Notes under the pieces: generated by a model
The model's input: only the letters and a program-made list of their open reading frames with translations
What the model was told of the DNA's origin: nothing
The model's database searches: none
Made by a program: the position numbers and the translations under genes
Source of the DNA: Candidatus Thorarchaeota archaeon
Lineage (GTDB): Archaea > Asgardarchaeota > Thorarchaeia > Thorarchaeales > Thorarchaeaceae
DNA length: 33,111 nucleotides
Assembly: GCA_038893995.1 (NCBI GenBank)
Contig: JAWAQK010000014.1
Span: 1-33,111 of the forward strand
Direction: 5' to 3'
In this document: piece by piece, positions 1 to 8,712 of the stretch
How positions within the stretch are numbered: the first letter of the stretch is position 1
Layout: every line of letters starts with the position of its first letter

Positions 1-210
1 GAGCAGGTCCAACGGCTGACCCGGCTGAGAGAAACTCGAGATAACATTGAGGTGAAGGCCCAACTGGAGCGGCTGAGAGAGGTCGCATGTGGCAATGACC
101 ACCTAGTCCCAGTCGTCATGGACGCAGTGAGGACGTACTGCACGATTGGAGAGATCTGCGGTGTCTTGAGAGAAGTGTTTGGTGAATATAGAAAGCCAGA
201 AGTGCTGTGA
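1..210 (+). CDS. Methylmalonyl-CoA mutase large (substrate-binding) subunit, 3' end only (partial)
   Basis: Frame 1 reads EQVQRLTRLRETRDN...HLVPVVMDAVRTYCTIGEICGVLREVFGEY..., with TGA at 208-210. This is the typical C-terminus of split archaeal MCM large subunits, and it lies directly upstream of the epimerase. Not in the ORF track. Confidence 0.9.
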   Translation, partial: EQVQRLTRLRETRDNIEVKAQLERLREVACGNDHLVPVVMDAVRTYCTIGEICGVLREVFGEYRKPEVL

Positions 211-220
211 GGTCTAACGG

Positions 221-640
221 ATGAGAGTCAGTGAGATTGATCATATAGGAGTTGCAGTCAAGAGTATTGAGGACGCAATGCCCTATTATAGGGATGTGCT
301 GGGTCTCGAATTCATAGGCACCGAGACCGTGGGAGATCAGAAGGTACGAGTCGCCATATTTCGCATAGGAGACAGCAGGCTGGAGCTCCTAGAACCGACT
401 TCGGATGACAGCCCGATCTCAGGATTCTTGGAGAAGAGGGGAAATGGGCTTCACCACGTCTGCGTACTGGTCGATTCCATCGAGTCTGCTCTCGAACAAC
501 ATCGTAGGGCTGGTTCACAACTCATCGACTCGGTTCCGCGGATTGGCGCCCACGGCAAGAAGATCGCCTTCGTACATCCCAGGTCGACCTCCGGCGTCTT
601 ACTCGAGCTATGTGAAGCCGACGTGAAGACTCACGATTAA
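221..640 (+). CDS. mce: Methylmalonyl-CoA epimerase (VOC/glyoxalase fold)
   Basis: IDHIGVAV, LELLEP, GLHHVC, AFVHP..T.GVLLEL motifs; follows the mutase; GAGGT SD overlaps the upstream stop. Confidence 0.95.
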   Translation: MRVSEIDHIGVAVKSIEDAMPYYRDVLGLEFIGTETVGDQKVRVAIFRIGDSRLELLEPTSDDSPISGFLEKRGNGLHHVCVLVDSIESALEQHRRAGSQLIDSVPRIGAHGKKIAFVHPRSTSGVLLELCEADVKTHD

Positions 641-720
641 GAACCAACACCTTTCCGCCATCGCTGCGTATGTTTATTTGATTAGACGTATAACTAATAT
701 ATCGCAGGAGGTGTTGGTCT

Positions 721-996
721 GTGGCAGAGCTGCAGCCGAAGAGTCAGTTCGACTACTTTCGTCTGGCCAAGAGCTACGAGCAAGCAGGGAAGCTCAAGGA
801 GGCTCTGGAGGCATATTCGAGGGCCATTGAGATAGCAGATGACTACGCACAGGCCTGGTACTACAAGGCACAACTCCATCTCAGGATGGGGCAGTTTCAA
901 CAGTGCATCGACTGTGCGCTACGTGCTCAGGAACTCCAGCCTCAATGGTCGGAGCACATCGCAAAGCTGATCCGAGAAGCAAGGTCGAAGTCCTGA
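721..996 (+). CDS. Small tetratricopeptide-repeat protein
   Basis: Two TPR-like units (EALEAYSRAIEIADDYAQAWYYKA; CALRAQELQP); GTG start preceded by GGAGGTG and an AT-rich TAATATAT box. Confidence 0.85.
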   Translation: MAELQPKSQFDYFRLAKSYEQAGKLKEALEAYSRAIEIADDYAQAWYYKAQLHLRMGQFQQCIDCALRAQELQPQWSEHIAKLIREARSKS

Positions 997-1032
997 ATGG
1001 ACTGGGGAAGGGCCGTTTGGAAGGGACGCCGC

Positions 1033-2082
1033 TCAGTGAGCTCTATATCTGAGGATCTCCCTCAGGGCCTGAGCAACACGTTCGATATCGTCAGAATTGA
1101 CCATCCTGCTTGTGACAAATCTCGCCCTTGTGCCATACTCTCCGTAGATGAGTATTCCTCTCTTCTTCAGCTCCCTGGCAAGTTCTCCCACCGTCATTCC
1201 TGCATCATCGAGCTCGACGAATAGGATGTTTGTGTCTGGCCTCTCTACCCTGATGGATGGGATGTCTGATATTCTTCTGTAGAGAAGCTGAGCATTCTCG
1301 TGGTCCTCTCTGAGTCGGTCCACCATCTTCTCCAGCGCGATTATGCCTGGAGCCGCAATGATTCCCGCCTGCCTCATTCCGCCTCCCAGTTTCTTTCTCC
1401 ACCTGTTGGCCTCATGAATGAAATCCTCATTGCCAGCAACAATTGACCCTATTGGAGCTGACAGCCCCTTACTTAGACAGATCTGTACACTATCCACATT
1501 TCTCACAAGTCTGGCTGCTGGGACACCCAGTGCGACCGCGGCATTGAACAACCTTGCGCCATCGCAGTGGACCTTGAGACCGGACTCGTGTGCAACATCT
1601 GCGAGCGCATCAACCTGTTCAGGAGTGATGACTGTACCGCCCGCATAGTTGTGAGTGTTCTCGATCACCACCAGCGAAGTCCGTGGGTAATGTGGGTCAT
1701 CCTCGTGGATGCTTGCCCTCAGCGTTTCCGGTGTGATGTACCCCCTTACTCCCTTGACCGGCCTAGGAAACAAACCCCCCAGAGCAGACATCGCGCCGGC
1801 CTCGAAGAGAAACGTATGTGACCTCTCCTCGACAACTACCTCATCACCTCGCGTGGTCTGCGACAGCAGGGAGACCAAGTTCCCCTGCGTACCCGAGGTC
1901 ACCAAGAGAGCCGCTTCCTTGCCCAGTATCCTGGCCGCCTTTTCCTGGAGTTCGTTGACAACCTGATCCTCACCTGCAACATCATCTCCGAGCCGTCTAC
2001 TCCTATGCGCCTCCACAATGGCCTCTATCATCTCATCAGTCGGCAGTGTGAACGTGTCGCTACGCAGGTCTATGGTCTTCAT
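1033..2082 (-). CDS. ltaE: Low-specificity L-threonine aldolase (PLP-dependent)
   Basis: IDLRSDT, SGTQGN, IENTHN, HCDGARLFNA, CLSKGLSAPIGS, LGGGMRQAG motifs. Confidence 0.95.
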   Translation of the reverse strand: MKTIDLRSDTFTLPTDEMIEAIVEAHRSRRLGDDVAGEDQVVNELQEKAARILGKEAALLVTSGTQGNLVSLLSQTTRGDEVVVEERSHTFLFEAGAMSALGGLFPRPVKGVRGYITPETLRASIHEDDPHYPRTSLVVIENTHNYAGGTVITPEQVDALADVAHESGLKVHCDGARLFNAAVALGVPAARLVRNVDSVQICLSKGLSAPIGSIVAGNEDFIHEANRWRKKLGGGMRQAGIIAAPGIIALEKMVDRLREDHENAQLLYRRISDIPSIRVERPDTNILFVELDDAGMTVGELARELKKRGILIYGEYGTRARFVTSRMVNSDDIERVAQALREILRYRAH

Positions 2083-2197
2083 GGGTCCAACTCACTGTTG
2101 ACCGTGGATTTAGGTGTAGTGACTGGGCCAAGGTCAAGGACAGCTGACAAGGGTACTTTAGGGGTCCTGTTGACCCTAACACAACCCATAAACACGA

Positions 2198-3532
2198 ATG
2201 TCGTCGCCTGCAGTGAGGCAATCTCCTGCGGAGGGACTGACAACGGCACAGGCGGGATATCTGCGGCGAATCAGGATGTTCAGTCGTGATGCGAAACTGT
2301 ACCTGGCGCACGGAGTGTTGGTCTCGTTAGCCTGGGGAATCACCAGTGTCTTGTTCAATCTCTATCTATTAGAGGCTGGTCTCTCAAAGGAGTCTGTGGG
2401 AGTCTTTCTGTCTGCTGCCATGTTTGTGACTGCCGCACTTGCGCTATTGGCTGGTGCGATTGCGGACAGGATGAGTCGACGAACGATCATCCTTCTCGGC
2501 GGTATAGTCTCGCTTGCTACTGCAGCTGTACAGTACTCGTTCATTGACTTGTCCATACTCATCGTTTCGCAGTTGTTCGCAGGTACAGCATCTGCCTTCT
2601 CGAGTGTATCGTGGAACTCCTACGCATCTGACCTATCGTCTGATCAGGAGAGGGCGCATCTGTTTGGCATTGGCAGCGGATTGAGCATGCTGGCGTTCTT
2701 GGCTGGCAATCTCTCAGGCGGGTTCTTGCCCAACATCATCTCCACGCTTCTCACATCCGCCGACATCGTACTACTGTATCGGTGCTCGCTCTGGGTGAGC
2801 ATCGTACCAGAGGGACTCGGGATCGCCATGGTATACCTGATGGCACCGGACCGCAGTCTTCAGCATCGCACACCCCACCCTCGCCGCATGATACGCCCTC
2901 TCTCAAATGTACGGCACTGGAGACTCATTCTCAGTTATGCCACCACTGTATCGATCATAGGTTTCGGTGCGGGAATGATCGTCATGTTCTTCAACATCTT
3001 CTTCAAAGAAGTATACGATCTGTCCCCTGAACTGATAGGCACTGTTTTCGCCCTCAATACGCTTGTACTTGCGTCGGGTAATCTCGTGGCCCCGGCACTG
3101 TCTGACCGGCTTGGAAAAGTCAAGACAGTCGTCCTGACCGAGGCACTATCGATTCCCTTCCTTGTCATGCTGTCTCTTGATACCCCAGTCTACTGGGCAA
3201 TCTGCGCCTTCGTGATGAGGAATGTGATGATGAACATGGCAGGCCCGGTATCAACGGCATTCCTAATGGAGAACCTGAGCAGGGATGAACGTGCCACTGC
3301 AACGGGAATTGTCACTACAGGTGACCAGGCTGTACGCGGAATCGCAGCCATCATCGCTGCTCAACTGCTCGAAGCAGGTCGGTACCGTGAACCATACCTG
3401 ATCGCGGCCATGCTCTACGTTGTGGCGATAATCCTCTTCTATGCTCTGTTCCGTGACATAGAGGCCAAGTCACTGGAACTCAAGAGAGCGTCCGTAGACC
3501 TGAAGCAGGTCCCCGACATAGAGGCCACGTAG
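2198..3532 (+). CDS. Major facilitator superfamily transporter
   Basis: About 12 hydrophobic segments; MFS motif A-like GAIADRMSRR and ALSDRLGK; ERA motifs in both halves. Confidence 0.92.
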   Translation: MSSPAVRQSPAEGLTTAQAGYLRRIRMFSRDAKLYLAHGVLVSLAWGITSVLFNLYLLEAGLSKESVGVFLSAAMFVTAALALLAGAIADRMSRRTIILLGGIVSLATAAVQYSFIDLSILIVSQLFAGTASAFSSVSWNSYASDLSSDQERAHLFGIGSGLSMLAFLAGNLSGGFLPNIISTLLTSADIVLLYRCSLWVSIVPEGLGIAMVYLMAPDRSLQHRTPHPRRMIRPLSNVRHWRLILSYATTVSIIGFGAGMIVMFFNIFFKEVYDLSPELIGTVFALNTLVLASGNLVAPALSDRLGKVKTVVLTEALSIPFLVMLSLDTPVYWAICAFVMRNVMMNMAGPVSTAFLMENLSRDERATATGIVTTGDQAVRGIAAIIAAQLLEAGRYREPYLIAAMLYVVAIILFYALFRDIEAKSLELKRASVDLKQVPDIEAT

Positions 3533-3553
3533 CCAGACACGCTTAGCAATGTG

Positions 3554-4390
3554 TCACTTGCCGCGATAGATGGTCAGGGCCCGCTTGATGGTTTCCTCGT
3601 CGGCAGGGAATACCAACGGAATGGCCCTGAACTCCGATGTGCACGGACTTCCGTGTGCAACATGAAGCACAGCCCTGGGCCTCGAGACATCTACTCGGTG
3701 GTCTATCTCAATGACATGGCTCGTGATTGTTGCCAGATCACCCGCATTCTCAGCGTGTCTACACAGACTACTCTGGCCGGGACTCGGGACATGATCCTTC
3801 AGCAGTCTGAATATGTCGTCCGTCGAGTGTGCATCCTTCAGCATGTCATAGCCCCTCATGGCCCTCTGAGACGAATGCTCAAGATGGACTGATGAGTTGC
3901 TGGCTGAAAGTCTCTTTCTTAGTTCGTCCTCAGTGTCGAGCATGAAGTGATGCCCTGTACGCAGGACCTTCCGCTCCGACCATTCAACCGAATGCTGGTC
4001 TCCCGCGACCTCTATAACCAGCACGCTATCATGGTCCGCCAGGATCAGGTTTCCCCACTGGTAGTGTCGACCTGTCTTGAGGTGATCGGATGCCATTGCC
4101 AGTCCATCTTCTGCATCCCTGGCAAACATCAAGATCTGTTCTCCCAGGATGTGGTACGAGGGGTCGCTGGTCATCATCACATGTGTGTCGGCCAATGCCA
4201 GCCCATGATGGTTGACGCCCAGCGAAAGTCCAACAGGCTTACCCGTTGAGTAGTCTATCCCACGTATGCCAAAGCAATCAACGTCATAGAAGACCTCGCA
4301 TACCTCTTGCATTGACACAGAGTCCCTGTTCTGGAATACGACAGTCTTCTGCTGTTCCGGGATCAGCAATGCGCCAGCCAAGCCGCTCAT
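3554..4390 (-). CDS. Ntn-hydrolase, peptidase C45/acyltransferase-like protein
   Basis: FQNRD, GVNHHGLA, GNLILAD..IEV and C-terminal HGSPC motifs. Start moved to ATG 4390 (4411 also possible) because the track start at 4546 overlaps birA. Confidence 0.65.
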   Translation of the reverse strand: MSGLAGALLIPEQQKTVVFQNRDSVSMQEVCEVFYDVDCFGIRGIDYSTGKPVGLSLGVNHHGLALADTHVMMTSDPSYHILGEQILMFARDAEDGLAMASDHLKTGRHYQWGNLILADHDSVLVIEVAGDQHSVEWSERKVLRTGHHFMLDTEDELRKRLSASNSSVHLEHSSQRAMRGYDMLKDAHSTDDIFRLLKDHVPSPGQSSLCRHAENAGDLATITSHVIEIDHRVDVSRPRAVLHVAHGSPCTSEFRAIPLVFPADEETIKRALTIYRGK

Positions 4391-4424
4391 GGTACCAACA
4401 CGGGTGCTCATCTCCAGAACGTAC

Positions 4425-4432
4425 AATATAAG
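4425..4432. promoter_or_regulatory. Putative bidirectional TATA box between the divergent Ntn-hydrolase and birA genes
   Basis: AATATAAG (TTATAT on the minus strand), about 30-35 nt from both proposed starts. Confidence 0.45.
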
Positions 4433-4462
4433 TTCTACTTGTCTGCCAATAGATGCCCTGAA

Positions 4463-5275
4463 GTGAGCTCGGATCATACGCCCCAGAGGCCGGGAGACAT
4501 ATGGATAGACCTGCCAACGCTCATGGATCACGTCAGGACTGAGCATATCTCCCTCAGGCCGGTCTTGCTGGACACAATCTCCTCAACCAACGATGTTGCG
4601 AGGGAACTAGTATCGCAGGGAGCCGGGGACTGGTTGCTCGTCATGGCCCGCACTCAGACCCGTGGACGGGGAAGACGAAATCGGAGCTGGATCTCTCCCG
4701 AGGGGGGACTTTACATGTCCCTGACTCTGAGGCCTCCACTTGCAGACCTCCCAGTTTCGTTGCTGACGATACTTGCGGGGTGTGGGGTACATTGCGCTAT
4801 CGAGAAATTGACTGGGTTGAGTGTGTGTCTCAAGTGGCCCAACGATGTTCTCTGTCGGGGTTTGAAGCTGGCGGGAATCCTCTGTGAGCTGATGACTGAA
4901 CCGACAATGATGGTCATCGTTGGAATTGGCGTGAATGTAAATGTGAGAGCAGGGGATCTCAGAGAGGAACTTCGGGGCCGAGCGACATCGTTGCTTGAAG
5001 AATCAGGTTCTAGACTTCGCGTGGAGGCAGTTGCGGGTCGGATCATTTCTGAGATAGCGTCGAGAGTAGAGCTAGTCGAGAACGAGGGGTCCTATTCATC
5101 CGTCCTCGACGAATGGAGAAGTATCAACTGCACACTAGGCAGGATTGTGGTCGTCAATGATGTCACAACACAACAAGGACTGGCAGTGGATATCGATGAC
5201 GTGGGGCGGCTAGTCGTCCAGACTGATGAGGGTCGTCTTATCGCAGTGGAGGCGGGCGACATCGAATACGTATAG
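4463..5275 (+). CDS. birA: Biotin--protein ligase (group I, no N-terminal HTH)
   Basis: STN, QTRGRGR..W.SP.GGLYMS, KWPND, KLAGIL.E, GIGVNVN motifs and a C-terminal SH3-like domain. Start uncertain; GTG 4463 chosen. Confidence 0.93.
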   Translation: MSSDHTPQRPGDIWIDLPTLMDHVRTEHISLRPVLLDTISSTNDVARELVSQGAGDWLLVMARTQTRGRGRRNRSWISPEGGLYMSLTLRPPLADLPVSLLTILAGCGVHCAIEKLTGLSVCLKWPNDVLCRGLKLAGILCELMTEPTMMVIVGIGVNVNVRAGDLREELRGRATSLLEESGSRLRVEAVAGRIISEIASRVELVENEGSYSSVLDEWRSINCTLGRIVVVNDVTTQQGLAVDIDDVGRLVVQTDEGRLIAVEAGDIEYV

Positions 5276-5340
5276 CTGTCGCAACGGAACTGATTGTTGG
5301 ACTTCCCTTGGATGGCCTATTGGGCCCGTATCCTAGTGCG

Positions 5341-5595
5341 CTATCCGATCAGAATGACCTCATCACCCTCTCTGACGCGGTCTTTGACCTTTATGGCAAC
5401 CTCCTGACCCGGGGCGCCCTCCTTTATGGCCTTTCTGTCGACCTCCATCGATTCGACGGTCTGTTCGAAATTAGTCGTGTTACCACGGATGCGTATCTTG
5501 CTTCCTACCTTGAGCTTTGATTCGAGCATTATTGCGGCGACACCTATTTTCCCGAAATACCGTGTTACCCGGCCTATCCTCGTTTCATCAACCAT
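5341..5595 (-). CDS. Small beta-barrel protein (EF-Tu domain 2-like / peptidase U32 C-terminal-like)
   Basis: IG.VT.YF.KIGVA, L+VG..I.I.G.TT.FEQ.VESME, G.EVAIKV..RVREGD.V pattern of this stand-alone family. Confidence 0.8.
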   Translation of the reverse strand: MVDETRIGRVTRYFGKIGVAAIMLESKLKVGSKIRIRGNTTNFEQTVESMEVDRKAIKEGAPGQEVAIKVKDRVREGDEVILIG

Positions 5596-5854
5596 ATCTG
5601 CATGGCCTCATTCAATGCTCGTATGTCACGTGACTGAAAAGGTCTTCGTCTGTAGGTGCCGCAGTAATGTATGAACCTTATCCGGGGACCTGTTGTTGAT
5701 GCACACGAAGATAGAGTTCACGTCATGGTTCCCATCCTCGCTCCGCAATACTCTTGCGAACCCGCTTCCAATATCTGCAGATGGCCAACGAGCAGAAGGT
5801 TGAAAACCCAGAGAATGAAACCGCAGGGCAGACCAGACCCTGAGTGTGCCAGAG

Positions 5855-7402
5855 ATGAGTAATGCAAGGTTTGACGAACTTCTGAAGAAACGTGAACAGC
5901 TCAAGCTTGCCGGAGGAGAAGAGAGGATAAAGCGTCAGCACGAGGCGGGCAAGTACACGGCAAGAGAGAGGATCGAGAAGCTCTTAGACCCTGGATCATT
6001 CGTGGAGATCGACGAGTTCGTTGTTCATCGGTGCCACGACTTTGGTATGGAGAACAACAAGGTGCTTGGTGACGGAGTCATCACCGGGTACGGAACAATC
6101 GACGGACGAAAGGTGTTTGTCTTCTCCCAGGACTTCACTGTGTTTGGTGGCTCGTTGTCCGAAAAGTACGGTGAGAAGATCTGCAAGATAATGGATCTGG
6201 CCATGCAGGTCGGAGCTCCAGTCATCGGGCTCAATGATTCAGGTGGAGCAAGAATACAGGAGGGCATTCTGAGCCTGGCGAGTTACTCATTCATATTCGA
6301 ACGAAACACGTGGGCCTCGGGAGTGATTCCCCAGATATCCGCCATAATGGGTCCCTGTGCCGGAGGTGCTGTATATAGCCCTGCTGTGACTGACTTCATC
6401 CTGATGGTCAAGGGGACCTCTCACATGTTCATCACTGGGCCTGAAGTCATAAAGACCGTTACAGGGGAAGAGGTCACGTTCGAGGAACTGGGAGGTGCCA
6501 TGACGCACAACTCTGTCAGTGGGGTCGCTTGTCTACTCAGTGAGAACGAGGATGACTGTTTTGCACAGATACGAAGACTACTGAGTTTCCTCCCAAGCAA
6601 CAACATGGAAGATCCACCGAGGGTAAAGACCGATCATTCTCCGGACGATGTTGACGAATCAATCGATGAGATAGTGCCTGACGACCCTAACCGTCCCTAT
6701 GACATGAGGGATGTGGTGACGCGACTTGTTGACAACGGCGAGTTCTTCGAGATACACGAACACTGGGCAAAGAACATGATAGTGGGATTTGCACGATTCG
6801 ATGGGCGTCCCGTTGGGATAGTTGGGAACAACCCTGCGCATCTGGCGGGGACGATTGACATCAACGCCTCGGACAAGTGCGCCCGCTTTGTGAGGTTCTG
6901 TGATGCCTTCAACATTCCAGTGGTGACGTTCATGGACGTGCCCGGCTACCTACCCGGCACCGCTCAGGAGTGGGGTGGGATCATAAGGCATGGAGCAAAG
7001 ATCCTCTATGCGTATGCGGAGGCGACTGTCCCTCTCATAACCATAATCACAAGGAAGGGCTACGGGGGTGCCTATGATGTCATGGCGTCGAGGCATATTG
7101 GTGCTGATCTTGTCTATGCCTGGCCCACCGCGGAGATTGCGGTCATGGGTCCTGACGGCGCAATCAACATAATATTCAGGAAGGAGATCGAGGCTGCGAA
7201 GGACAAGGAGAAAAAACGCGAGGAGCTCGTGAGGGAATATAGGGCCAAGTTTGCCAATCCGTATGTTGCAGCTGGTCTCGGATATATCGACAAGGTAATA
7301 CTGCCCCGAGAGACACGTCCACTGATCTGCCGGGGACTTGACATGCTTGAAACCAAGCGAAAGACACGTCCTCCCAAGAAGCATGGTAATATCCCGCTCT
7401 AG
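5855..7402 (+). CDS. pccB: Acyl-CoA carboxyltransferase (propionyl-CoA carboxylase beta / methylmalonyl-CoA decarboxylase alpha / transcarboxylase 12S family)
   Basis: [53 protein letters not shown] and terminal KKHGNIPL. Confidence 0.93.
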   Translation: MSNARFDELLKKREQLKLAGGEERIKRQHEAGKYTARERIEKLLDPGSFVEIDEFVVHRCHDFGMENNKVLGDGVITGYGTIDGRKVFVFSQDFTVFGGSLSEKYGEKICKIMDLAMQVGAPVIGLNDSGGARIQEGILSLASYSFIFERNTWASGVIPQISAIMGPCAGGAVYSPAVTDFILMVKGTSHMFITGPEVIKTVTGEEVTFEELGGAMTHNSVSGVACLLSENEDDCFAQIRRLLSFLPSNNMEDPPRVKTDHSPDDVDESIDEIVPDDPNRPYDMRDVVTRLVDNGEFFEIHEHWAKNMIVGFARFDGRPVGIVGNNPAHLAGTIDINASDKCARFVRFCDAFNIPVVTFMDVPGYLPGTAQEWGGIIRHGAKILYAYAEATVPLITIITRKGYGGAYDVMASRHIGADLVYAWPTAEIAVMGPDGAINIIFRKEIEAAKDKEKKREELVREYRAKFANPYVAAGLGYIDKVILPRETRPLICRGLDMLETKRKTRPPKKHGNIPL

Positions 7403-7517
7403 AGGGCATGATTCAGGTACTACTGGGATGCCAGTATCGACTGTGTCCTTGACTCAGAGGTCATAGGCACAAAGGACTATCATTGGAGTGGACTATGGAA
7501 CATCAGGAGGCTGAAAC

Positions 7518-8663
7518 ATGGTCGCAGACGAGTGTTTCGAGACTGGTCCCATACGGCCCCCAAGTGAGGCTCGCAGCCTGTTGGTTCGGGTCACACGGAA
7601 CTGTGCGTGGAATCGGTGTACTTTCTGTCCCGTCTACAAGGGTCAGACGTACTCTGTGCGTCCAGTAGCCTCAGTCATCAGAGACATAGATCTGGTTCAC
7701 CGATATATCTGCGAGATGAGAGACAATGAAGAGTGTCCTGGCAGTCTCAAGTCTAGATGGTTGATTGATGCCACTGAGAGAGCTGACCCACGTGACCTGC
7801 CCGCCCTTGACATGGCCTACCACTGGTACGTCAACGGCATGGAGTCAGTCTTCCTACAGGATGCCGACGCACTGAGCGCTGGGCCTGAGGAACTGGAAAC
7901 AGTGCTTCTACATCTGAGGGAGCGATTTCCCGAGGTCAGACGCGTGACCTCTTACGCCCGGACAAGTACTATCTTACGATACTGTGTTGAGGACTTGAAG
8001 CGCCTGAGAGAGGCAGGCCTTGACAGATTGCACGTCGGATTTGAGTCAGGTTCGGACAGAGTTCTCAGGATGGTGAGGAAGGGGGCATCCAAGGCAATGC
8101 ACATCAGCGCCGCCAAGATGGTGAAATCGGCCGGAATTGAGTTCTCTGCCTACATCATGCCCGGTCTTGGTGGGAGACGCCTGTCCCTAGAACACGCAGT
8201 CGAGACCGCAGACCTCCTGAACCAAGTCGATCCTGACTTCATCAGGCTCAGGCAGCTTGCGGTATCTGACCGTTCCCCCCTTCATCATGACTTGGCTGAA
8301 GGCCGTTTCGAGACGTGCAGGGACGTCGATGTGGCGCGTGAGCTCGTAAAGATGCTGGATCACATGGACCGTGTCACAGGGGTACTGACCAGCGACCATA
8401 TCCTCAATCTGTTCCCTGAAGTTACGGGCAAGCTTCCCGGCTGTATCAAACAGTCCAAGGCGGCCCTCTGCAGGTTCCTCAATCTCTCCAGGTCTGAGCA
8501 ACAACTCTATGCACTGGGAAGGAGGCTCGGAGTATTCTCAAGGGTATCCGAACTCGAAGACTCTGTGAAGGCCGACAGGGTCAGAAGATGGGCTCAAGAG
8601 AATGGAATCACTGAGGACAACGTCGAACGCTTCCTGGAGGCAGTTGTTCAGAGTTTCATCTGA
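7518..8663 (+). CDS. Radical SAM protein of unknown function
   Basis: IRPPSEA.S then CAWNRCTFC (CxxxCxxC), FLQDAD, GFESGSD..L..V.KG, GLGG, SDH..N; GGAGG SD. Confidence 0.88.
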   Translation: MVADECFETGPIRPPSEARSLLVRVTRNCAWNRCTFCPVYKGQTYSVRPVASVIRDIDLVHRYICEMRDNEECPGSLKSRWLIDATERADPRDLPALDMAYHWYVNGMESVFLQDADALSAGPEELETVLLHLRERFPEVRRVTSYARTSTILRYCVEDLKRLREAGLDRLHVGFESGSDRVLRMVRKGASKAMHISAAKMVKSAGIEFSAYIMPGLGGRRLSLEHAVETADLLNQVDPDFIRLRQLAVSDRSPLHHDLAEGRFETCRDVDVARELVKMLDHMDRVTGVLTSDHILNLFPEVTGKLPGCIKQSKAALCRFLNLSRSEQQLYALGRRLGVFSRVSELEDSVKADRVRRWAQENGITEDNVERFLEAVVQSFI

Positions 8664-8679
8664 GTTCTAGCAGAACCCC

Positions 8680-8685
8680 TTTATA
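8680..8685 (+). promoter_or_regulatory. TATA box of a probably leaderless transcript (carboxyltransferase, biotin carrier, thiolase)
   Basis: TTTATA ends 27 nt before ATG 8713, and no SD precedes that ATG. Confidence 0.6.
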
Positions 8686-8712
8686 CCCAGTTGAGAGAAG
8701 TGCACGAGAGTC

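Noticed and set aside
4391-4546. Head-to-head overlap of the Ntn-hydrolase and birA ORFs
   Set aside because: An artefact of longest-ORF starts; downstream starts flank a shared TATA-like box.
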